From: Oopsacas minuta
Lineage: Eukaryota; Animalia; Porifera
Length of the DNA stretch: 64,000 bases
Reading direction: 5' to 3'
Assembly (NCBI GenBank): GCA_024704765.1
Contig: JAKMXF010000233.1
Span: forward strand, 1 to 64,000
The notes beneath the pieces were generated by a model. The model saw nothing but the letters and a program-made list of their open reading frames with translations. It was not told the DNA's origin and did not search any database. Position numbers and translations under genes: made by a program. Shown one piece after another: positions 46,801 through 58,800 of this stretch (its first letter is position 1; every line of letters begins with the position of its first letter).

Positions 46801-49800
46801 CTTGACTAATTCTGTACGAATTTTACACCTGATTGCAAAATGTAACTAATTAGGATAATCAAACTCTAAAGTTATTCTTGTATTTAAGTATTCTTAAATA
46901 TAATGAAAATGTTTAGGTAAAAATTGGCCACGATAAAATAAGCGCTAAGGTAATTATTCAGGCAATAAGTGTACGATACGTATACTATAGAGAATAGACC
47001 AGTGGTTCTCAACCGGTGTAACGCGGCACACTTTTGTGCATCAGACCATTGTTTGGTGTGCTAATGTTACTAACATGAAACAAATTTGTTGTAAATGGAT
47101 TCAAGGTTCTTACTTTCGGGTCTCTGGATATCAAAGTGCTAAATGTTAAGAATAACTAAACTTTAACGCCAATAATTACATATAAATGGTATAATACTAC
47201 GAGAATTTTACGCCCCTGTGTGTGGTACTATACTCAATTGAGCTATGGCAGTTGTGCCTTCAAATTAGATATGAAAATAGTGTACCGAAGTTTGAAATGG
47301 TTGAGGAGCACTGGTATAGACTATGTATGTACTAATAAATGTTTGAAATACTAATATTCATGTACTATCAAACTATTATGTAAAATCATATAATTACGTA
47401 ATAACATCCCTTACTAACAGCCCTTACTATTGCTTCTGTAATACATTAGGATATGGCTTTTCCATGAAAATATACTTTTCCTCTTTATAATAACACTTAT
47501 CTGTATAGAACGTCTTGTTATACCCGTATGTCTCTAAACTGACTCGATAACAACCTAGATATTGTCCGATACAAGTAAGAATACGAACCAAAAGTACGCC
47601 AAAGCCTCTACCACGATACTTCTCTTCCACTATCAACATCTCAATTCTCCCACGTGTGGTTGCTCTGTAAAATTTCTCATCCAGTATTAGAACTCCTGCT
47701 GCTACAACCTTACCACTAGTTTTATCCTCTATTACTACTATGTAGTAGACATTCTTTGCTGCTCTCATCCTATTGAATTGTTGCTTAAACTTGGTCCTGT
47801 CTAGGTCTCCGATAGGATTGAGTTCTGCTAGTAATTCCCCGAATGACTTGTCGAAGTCGTTATAATCTATAGGCCTGAGGATACAATTATGTTTGGATAA
47901 GTCTACAACTGGATCAGTGCTGTCTAGTAGTTCTGTAGCTTTATTGATTATTATTGGGTCAAATAGTGGAGTATAATGTTCTGTAACTGCCATCTGTTTG
48001 ATAATGAATGCTAGATCAGCTATCTCAAATTGTCATTAATTTTGAATACAGATTAAACTCTTATTCGTGATTCAAATCTGATACCGTATTTATGGACTCT
48101 CTCTCTCTCGTATATTGTTAACCGAATACTCCCTGGAAAATGTGTGATTTTATGACGTCAAAAAGGTGCTAAAATGTCGTTTTTGGTGTGGGAATAGGTT
48201 AAAACGAAGTTGCAAATTTTAGTGTTCCTTTTCATATGAACGTAAAACTTCAGCCATGATTGATTATTCTAAATTCATATTTTTCTTACATTTCTCATAG
48301 AATATAATACAGTGTGAACATCCTACACTTATAAAGCTCACAGCTCTAGTTCTACAGGTTTGTTCTGTTATGATTATTCAGTATTCATAGGCGCCACAGC
48401 CGCAGCGGCTGGGGCGGCCATGACACCCCAGTTTTTACAGAAATAATGTAGCTCAATGGAGAATAGAGAGTTGAGCCCCTTCACCTTAGATTACCCAAAT
48501 GACAATTGTACTTGTTAATATTTACTTCATTCATTCTAGGCACAACTAGGAGACTATACTACGTAAGGAATTACTTGATATTTGGAGATAATTCTCATAT
48601 ATACGTATATTAAGATTCTACTCAATCATTGACTCTTATCTCTCTTACAATGGCTAACGTAAATTTTCAATTATAGTTCCACATAGGTAAACTTGTCTGA
48701 ATATATTTTGTGTGTAAAAACTGCTAAACATATTTCATTAAGATATGATATACCCGATAAATTATCCGTTTAAGTGACATCTCTAGGATCATTTGAATTA
48801 TAACAAAGCTTTATGAATATTTTACATTACATGCTTATTTCGTATCAATATGACAACCAGATTTAGCTAGATCGCGCAATTGCGTCCGTGCGTATGAACG
48901 TATTACGTCGTGCATTATCTATGACAGTAGGACATCTCCCTTTACCAGCTACACTAAGATTTACGATTAATCTGTTTCATTTGTCAACACAAAGGTTATC
49001 CTCTTTAACTGAGTAAAGTTATTCCCAGATCTATATGTGCAAATAAATACAATTTCATAAAGAAGGATTAGATCAATTTACATCTTATGGGACACCATAC
49101 AGTTATGTATCATTCAGTGTTCAGTATTACGTCACTAAGAATGCCTCAGCTTTGAGTGTATTCTTGCCATATAACTTTTTCTCATATTGCAATAACTGTG
49201 TTCTGTTATCTCTCATGATAAACACTCGCCTCTTTGTTGTTACCATCTTCAATGCTTTATCAAGCTGTATCCCATCTCTATGCATAACATAAGCAATAGT
49301 AATTGTAGCCGAGCGATTCCTGCCAGCAGCACAGTGCACTAGAACACGAGCATCATCCTGTTTCATAATCTCATCCAGTTTCTCAAACGCTTGATCAAAC
49401 ACACGACTTATCCCTTCATCTTGTCCCATATCTCTAACCCTCAGGTTAATATACGTAAATTCATTAGGATGGTAGTTAGGTACATCATCTGCTACGTTCA
49501 TGATATGAGTTACTTTGTGTGCTTTTAGCTCTTTCAGATTATCTGCAGCATATCCGCCTCCGTAGTATAGTTTATTATCGTATATCTCTGCTGCATCCCA
49601 AAGCTGGGTGCTCCTCTTCTTCCTGAAAAAGTCTGAAATTGCTGAAGCCATATATCGTCTATATATTATAGATCTCTAGTACATACAGTTAAACTTGTCT
49701 ATAACACCCACCACCAGGGGAATGTCCAAAAGTATTCATGTACGTACAGGTGTGGTAGTAATTTGAAGTTATTGGCCCTTATATAGATGTAGTGGTCTAT

Positions 49801-52800
49801 ATATGAATGAAGTGGCCAGTTGGATAGCTGACTGATAAATAAATATGACTATATATAAAGATGCCAACTCTCACACCTTACCTGTGAGTCTCACGCTTTT
49901 TCAGAGGTTAAAAATGAAATCTCACGCCATTTTATGATTCTTAACCGTACATTTTGGTGCTGAAATGCTAAATCTCATGCCTTTTGAGTTCTGAAGAGAA
50001 ATCTCATGGCTTGGCGAGACGCCAGAGCCAGCACGCCCAAGAGTCATATTAATCTTCCATGGCTAAATTACGTAAATTTCAAATTATAGTTCCTTCACTA
50101 TTAAACGTAAAATCTTAAACAAAACTCCTGTCTTCGCTAAATAAGTTTAAACTGAAAATCTGATTAAGATTAAGAATCTACATACCTGATGATGAGTTAA
50201 CATAAATATCCGTTGGAATGAGATCTATAGAATCATTTTCGAAAGACATAGCACAAATGGTTTATGAAAAGTTTCCTTACAAAAACTCAGATCCCTCATC
50301 TCCAATTTGAATGTACCTTTATTCCAATTTTTATTCCAATCTATAGTTTCGCAGGACCCCGAGGTAAGCGAACGTTGAAACAGAAGTCGCGTATTATCCC
50401 TGCCTGTGTAGGGCATCTCCCTTTACAAGCAGACTTAGATTTACGATTATTCGGGTTCGTTTCTTAAGGCAAAGGTCGTCCTCTTAACTGAGCAAAGTTA
50501 TACACATATCTGATATTAACACAGATTTATAACGATACATCTTTTGGTTTGGTGTTAAGTTACTTAGAATGCTTCCATTTCTAATGTATTCTTCCCATAC
50601 AACTTTCTCTCAAATTCTAATAACTGTCTTCCGTTATCTTTCATGATAGACACTCTCCTCTTCTTGTTAACGATCTTAAATGCTTTATCAAGTTGTATAC
50701 CATCTCTATGCATAACTTACGCAATAGAATTGTAGCCGAGCGATTCAGCCCAACAGCACAGTGCACTAGAACACGAGCATCATCCTGTTTCATAATCTTA
50801 TCCAGTTTCTCAAACGCTTGATCAAACACACGACTTATCCCTTCATCTTGTTCCATGTCTCTCACCTTCAGGTTAATATACGTAAATTCATTAGGATGGT
50901 GGTTAGGTACATCATTTGCTACGTTCATGATATGAGCTACTTTGTGTGCTTTTAGCTTTTTCAGATTATCTGTAGCTATTGCGCCTCCAAAATATAGTTC
51001 ATTATCATATATCTCTGCTCCATTCCATGGCTGTATATTACTCTTACTGAAAAAGCCTGATAATGCTGAAGCCATTATATCTACATATCCATACGTGGTG
51101 TATGAACTATTTCTTTGAGGATATTGTATAGTTAACAGATATCTCCTGCTATTGGAAATATAATATACTTAGAATCACATATTAACAATTTCTGTTATCA
51201 TATTAAATATCTACCAGTTTAATTTATGAGAAGCAATTATTTGTTAGGGTGTGCTTATTTCGGACGTTTATCTGTATTAACTAAATAGAACGTGTTTATG
51301 AGATTTGTGACTTGTTTGTGAACTTGTAATTATTTAGTGCAGATCATATTGGGACATTCTCTAATGACTTGGACGATGTGCGACGTTTGTACGTCCGTCC
51401 ACGCGACAGTCTGAAATCTATCAGTCAGATTATCGCGAAATTAGTATACATTTAAACATTTTGGGATAGAGATTTTTACCTAATGTATGAGATTTCCTAA
51501 TTGAATTTTCACACCTTTTTCTGTACGTGGAGTTGATTTTGGGATATCAGAGCATGAAATTTATAATTACACAGATTTATCATATGATTAATCATATTTT
51601 GGCGCACCTTTTCTCCTAAATTTCCAAAGCAAGATATGTATGTGACCCTCGTTTTAATACTCATACCAATGTTCCCCAACCTGGAGCCACGGTAAAAAGT
51701 TTGAAAGACTGACTCAGACAGGAACGATATTATTAATAATTGATATTAGCCGAGTATTGCAATTACAAATTATTAATTACATTTTCCAAGTAAATTTGGA
51801 TTTTATTGCAATTTTGTTGAAATTAATTACTCATTTGTACTACTCCATATATGGGTTGTAGAAACTATCTAATGACACTAATCGTATTATGAACATTAAC
51901 ACTAAGAACAATAAAATCCTGGTTTTCGATTACATAGTCAATGAAAGGGGTAGATAAAGTAGGGAGGCTAATCCTGTTGTTAGTTAGATAACGTAACTAC
52001 ACTAAGAATAGGATAGTTAACATCAACACGAGAGTAGAAATAGCGAGGGAGAACACAGGTGCACCTCCTGTAGCAGTTGTGATAACAATCTCACTCGAAG
52101 TAACACATCTACCAGCACTTCCATGTTGTTGGATTAATCCACCAGATACAGTACCCCAAGCTAGAAGCACGTAGTATCCTGCACCTCTATTCAGATTAGG
52201 GCTACCTAAGACATTAGTAGTGAAGGTACAGTTTATGATAGAAGCATCGTTGATGGAGTTTATTAGGGTTAGATCAGATGTGACTTCTGGAGGTCTAGCT
52301 CTAGCAGAGGCAAATCTTTCTAGAACAACGACATCCACACCAGAACGTACACACATGAATATGAATGAATTTGGCATACTTCGGGTAGTGGAAAGTCCCA
52401 TGGCGATCCAATCTGCTACAGGATTATCATACTGTAACTGGAATTGTACAGTGGTATTATCTATTGTATAGATGGTGCCGATATTAGGGGTTGTTGGAGC
52501 TGTGTTTACAGCACAATTCGAAAACTGGATGCATGTAGCCATAGTACCACATCTTTCACCGATGAGAAGATTAGACGGTTGGGTAGTAGCTGATGGGTTA
52601 GTAGCTGATGGAGTAGTAGCTGATGGAGTAGTAGCAGATGGAGTAGTAGCCGTTGGGGTAGTCGGATCAATTCCTGTAGCAGTTGTAATAACAATCTCAT
52701 TCGAAGAAACACATCTACTAGCACCTCCATGTTGTTGGATTGATCCACCAGATACAGTACCCCAAGCTAGAAGGACGTAGTATCCTGCACCTCTATTCAG

Positions 52801-55800
52801 ATTAGGGCTACCTAAGATATTTGTATTGAAGGTACAATTTATGATAGAAGCATCGTTGATGGAGTTTATTAGGGTTAGATCAGATGTGACTTCGGGAGGT
52901 CTAGCTCTAGCAGAGGCAAATCTTTCTTGAAGATTGACATTGGCACCAGAACGTACACACATGAATATGTTTGAATTTGGCATACTTTGGGTAGTTGAAA
53001 GTCCCATGGCGATCCAATCTGCTGCAGCATTGTCATACTGTAACTGGAATTGTACAGTGGTATCGTCTATGGTTGTGAAAGTACCGATGTTTGGGGTTGT
53101 AGGAGCTGTGTTTACAGCACAATTAGAAAACTGAATGCATGTTGTATCATCATCACATCCTACACCAATAAGGTCATTTGCATGGATAACTCCGAGACAA
53201 CTTAATAGTAAAATTAAAATGAGTATTTTAGACATTTTCAGTTCACCTCTGTTATGTATACAGTTGAAAACAAAAATATTTTTATTATTCTTGTATTTAT
53301 AGTAGTATTAGACCACCCACTTAGTGTCTGTTAACTTATCAAATATCAATCAAGAAGAGTCTTAATACAAAATCAGACTCCGATAATATTCGATATATCC
53401 GTATTCGATATGACGGGAGTTGACTGTATTGATTAGAGATATTAAACAGTATGTGTTAACCCACGGCTATATCAGTGGTTTATCCAGGAATTTCTGCCCG
53501 GTACTTTTGTCCTTTATAGCTGCTGAACTGACACTTTTAGGTGCCATTTAACAACCTAGTCCTAGATTAACCTCTGGGCTCTATTAATTTATTAAGCAGA
53601 GCTTACCGTTTAACATTCAGTCTCCTTCATTGTGAATTCGTCCCGTTTCCTATGAGAAACGGGACGAATTCTTATCTATGATTGACTTAATTAAAGCCTA
53701 ACTTAATTTAATACAACAGCTATGAGAATTATTATATCAGAACGCGTCTCATTTATGAGATCGATTATACAGTTAGTAATGCTATGTGCAAGCAGTGGCG
53801 TAACTAGGCGCTTGGTGGCCCCTGGCCAAATACAATTTTGAGTCCCCTCCCATTTCCTAGACAATTGCTTTCTAAGCATCAAACCTCAACTTAAAATATT
53901 AATCATAATTTTAGTAATACTAATCCCTGGACTTCTTCTTTTCCCGCTTCGCATATCCTGATTCAAAAGTACGTTTCATATCGAGATGAAATTAAACTAA
54001 TAAAAGAACGAAACACACTATAATATACGTATATATTGAATAGCCATGGTAAAACTGGGATTAGCGAAGTGCTTGATTTATACAACTAATTCTCGCTGTA
54101 CATTCTTATAATTGATAATATTTTTTAACTCTTCTCAGGAACTCTCGGAGGCCCCTGGACTATGTCCACCCTTGTCCTATAGTAGTTACGCCCCTGTGTG
54201 TAGGCTTATTATTTTAGTATAGACTTACAAAGTATTTCAAGTAACATAATCAATTCATATTGGCTTATTTCTCCAAAATTCATCGGAATTCCACCTATTT
54301 GTTGAAAATGTTTATTAATAGCTCTATTTTGTATTAAGTTCTATGAGAATTTATGTCTCTAATTCCCATAGAACCTAATACAAAATTTGGTCTATAAATA
54401 GACCGTCTATGAATAATCTAGCACTTTTATATATTACGTACGACATAAGAAGTTGCTTATGATTCTCTAAGCAGCAGCCTAATCCCAATAGGTCACTGTA
54501 GAGCACATAGCAACTATGTTACTGGGTGGAATATCCTGTATCGTATATTTATAAGCTAACTGAAAAATGTAATTTTGTATCGTTGAGAGACTTCATTACT
54601 CAGAATTTAATTCTATTTTACAGTAAACTCTCGTTATAACGAAGTGCTCGAGACCTCAGTTTCATTTCGTTAAAAGCGGAACTTCGTTGTGAGCTGAGTA
54701 AAATCAATTATTTTCAAGCTATAGCGGTTATGAATCACTTCGTTATAACCGACTTGTATGTAATGGGAGTTTACTATACTTTAAATCTGCAATGCTAACT
54801 ATATTATAATTATTTCTAAATGTAGAGAACATATAGCTATTGAAGAAGCTCTCAAAGAGATTAAATATATATCAAATTCTCTCATCAGCACTGAAGCAAA
54901 TGAAGATTGGTGAGTAACGATACGCTTACTAATTAGCCTTACATCACCTTGAAACCAAAGTCCACTATACATGAAACAAATACGTACATGCGAAAACAAT
55001 GTGTATGCAACAGAAGAACTTTGTTGTATACAATGTGGCCCAGGGTTGCCGTGGGAATTCTCATGGGAATTGGAATCAAAGGGAGGGGGGAGGGCAACCA
55101 GGACATATGCCCTAGGCGTCGCTTCGTAGGGAGCGCAATAAAGGCTTCGGGTTACTTACCATGATATGGCTCACAAGAATCATTGAGCTACCCTGGGCGA
55201 ATAGATGGGAAACTAATTCACGCGACTGCTTGTATGACTTAGCATATTTAAATTTTAAAACATTAATTAAGGGAGTTTGTTAATTGATTAAAATATTTAG
55301 AATTATTAGATATTCTTGATTTAGCGAAGAAGAAATACTTACACACTACAAACTGCTGATTGGTATGCAGAAGAATGATGCTATATCAACGTAAGGATAT
55401 ATATATATATATATATATAATACAGATGAGCTCAGCTCCTGGTGAATGAACCTACCAATATGTATTTACAATTATATCCACCTTATAGATATTTAGAACT
55501 GGTACAAGAATTACCTTCTTATGGAATGCAGTTCTATAATGTTAAGGTAAGCTCTAATCTCATATACTTCAAATTTCAAATACATTTGGCACGTATTCAT
55601 TATCCACTTCGAATTCTGTAATTGCCCAGGGTTCTATAATTGTACGCTTCGAATCCCATTGCCCACTGGTAAGTTTTCTATTATTTAATTCTTGTAGGAT
55701 ACAAACGAGGTACCAAAATTAATTGGGATTGGATTATGTGGAATTACACAGTTTAGTATTGACAACAGAAATCGACCAGAACAGGTAACTTTACTCAGTA

Positions 55801-58800
55801 TTAATGTATAACAAACATATTCCTGGAATGTAACGATATTATGTTGTATGCTCAATGGAGTCTAGATGCGGAGGTTCATTGAGAGCTTGTTAATGAAGTT
55901 CATTAGGAAATTATTTGTGGAGTCCGAGCCTCCATTGTCAAATGAAAATTTTCGGAGTGAAGAAATATAGAATTTAACTTTCTCCATTATTTTATGAATA
56001 TAATTCGAATAACAATACTGCTACTTTCTACTGGATAGCTTTATATTGTATATTTTATATTCATATTTACGTAGATTTATCTGTGGACAGGGATCTCCAA
56101 GATATCTAGTAGAGACAATAAGTTTATTTTAGAGTTCAGGAATGAATCATTGGACCTGGACAGACTACTAGTTGACGAGTAAGTAGCGTAACGTAATTAT
56201 ATAAATTCAGCACTCCACGATGAACTTGTTTAAGCTACAAAAAAGTATTTCAAGATGCACAGCGGAGTTTGCCTATTAGCATGTTGTATTTTGCAAGAAT
56301 TTCTCTAGCTATTAGAGGAATTATTTGAATTTATTGGTGTGAAAAACTTGTAATTTATGTGATATTGCTATTAGACGAACGCCAAAGTATATCCGTTCAC
56401 TTTATTTGAAATGTAACTATGGATTATTACTATGCTTCTCAGTGGCATAACTATATTATTCATTCCCCTGTATCCACTGGGGCCCTCCGCCAGGGATAAT
56501 TTATATAATTCGGGCATAATTAGGACAATTGTGTGTACATATTCCGTATTTCTCTGATTTTCTTTTCGTGTAATTTTTTTCAATTTTTGGAAACACAAAT
56601 GAATTTGGAAAACTAATTATCCTCATTTGTTGCATATTCAAATGAGATTCATTAAAAACATTCTTCTCGAGGGTGGTGATAATTTGTTATTCATAAGTCT
56701 TGGAACCTTTTTCTAGCCACGTCGCTTATTCAGGGTAATACGGTATGTACCCCCAGGGCGCTAGAACATTAGTCAAGGCAGGACCAGTCTAATTTAGCCC
56801 TCTTGGTTGAGTGATTATCAAATCTAATTGCATATAAGTAAAATTACAGCAATCAATAAACTTATCTCTCTCTTAGGAACGTACTAAACACGGGTAATCA
56901 ATGTCATAACATACTAACTGTTCAATCTTGGTATTCAGACTCCCATCAGCTGATTAGAGTTATGGAGACGATGGCTGCTACTCAGTTGAACTTCTTTGAA
57001 CAAAGAAAGAAGATCAGGGCAAGTACCTTAGAATATAATATTAGTGATTAATTACGTATTGTGTACAACCTTAGTGCTGTCTCTTATACACATCTTGTAG
57101 GAAATTAATGCGATTTGGAGCAAAGCACTTTTGAGTACATGCAATTAACCTGATTGAGAGGAAGGAGATAGTAAACATATGAAATTAACACGAACAATTA
57201 TTCGAAAATAAGGGTTCTAAAACTTTCTGAAAATAGGCTTCCAACCTACTCAGAACTAAATACAACACAGTTTAACATCGGAATAGTTAGCTTGAAAGTT
57301 TGCATATCCATCGTAGGCGCGCTGGAAATGAGGATCCGCGAAATTGTGCTGGAAAATAATTTTCGAATGTAAATATTAAAATTCTGAGAAATCCTTTTAG
57401 TACTGGGGTATGGAACCAAATTTATTAAGCATTACTGTAATCGACCTGAAAAGTGAAGATACATTTCAAATTTCAAAGATGAATATCAAATTTGGTTGAA
57501 GGTTAATTCGCGTAAATTCCTAATTTACGGACTCTTACCAGACACACTGAATTTCTCAAAATATTTACTACTAACTCTTACCTGTATATGTCTATAGGTG
57601 GGTATCCGTCTCTACAGCTCTACCTCCTCAACAAGCTCTATCAGTAGCCTCAGCTCTATAACCCATTCGTCTTCTGCTTGTACTCAGAAGTCTGATAACT
57701 CTATAAGTAAGCATATTGTACTGTATTATTGTATCTTGGTTTTGTTATAATACTTTACGAATCAAAGTGTATACGTCCTAATATCAATTTGCCCAAATCC
57801 GTAACATGTTGAAATAGCAGATTAATTGCAATGATCACTGGTGTATCCAAATCTGGGCCTATTTGATATTGTGCCTATTGCTTCGGAGGCGTGGTAGAAA
57901 TCGGTAAGGGGTAATGCTCACGGATTGGTGAGACGTCAGGTTGGCATCTATGGGTAATATCTCTTTCAATCAGGATTGAGTTAGTCTTGAGTTATTACGA
58001 CTGAGCGACTTTGACTATATACAGTGCAATTATCCTGACTCGTTGGGACCTGTCAAAAGCGAGGTCGTTTATGCATAAAGGAATAGGACCTGCATGTCCG
58101 AATGATCGAAATTGTACTGTATGTAATTTTGTTATATTTCATACGTCTGTTACTCAGTACTACGTGATCTAGGCTAGTTTACACGAAGTACGTAGAATTT
58201 CCACTTAACCTGAGCTAGTAGTAACTATAACTCAGGTTTATTCTAATTTAATGTATGAATTGCTTTTGTCATAAAGCATACGCTTCTTATCTAAGAAATT
58301 TTTATTTTCTTAGATAAAATATTTATATATTTGTTACTGAATCAGGTTTTTAACCACTAGGATATTTCGTTTGGGGCATTACCTACTTGGTAGTATAATA
58401 TTTTCCGAGCATTATTTCTGATTCTTTCTGAGATTCTAATTCAAATAACAAGGGTAATATTTCCTTTAATTCTTCATTAAAAGATCACGATTCTCTAATT
58501 TAAGCTAATTAGAGAATCGTGATCTCTTAATGAAGAATCAGCGCAAGTAGCACACTAATATATGTTACATATTGTTGAGTAATTTTTCATACAAATATTA
58601 ATATATTTCCTTCAATTATTGGTATATTTTGGATTTATTACCATGATTGTGTGGGTAATAATATTTTGAAACAATACTTCAATACGAATCACTTAGAAAA
58701 TCTCATTCCAAGATAATTATTAATTTCGCCACAGTCATATGCAACGATTATTTCTGTAAGATTTGTAAGCAAGTATTATTGTTATGGTAAATTATGAACA

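Noticed and set aside
52583-52660. 15-bp tandem repeats as a CRISPR-like or satellite array
   Set aside because: They encode the in-frame ATTPS linker and have no spacers.
55620-55670. TTCGAATC T-loop-like motif
   Set aside because: No acceptor, D or anticodon stems could be built, so it is not a tRNA.
57101-57148. Possible alternative terminal FRMD4 exon (EINAIWSKALLSTCN*)
   Set aside because: It has a decent acceptor and correct phase, but no other support, and such short frames arise by chance.
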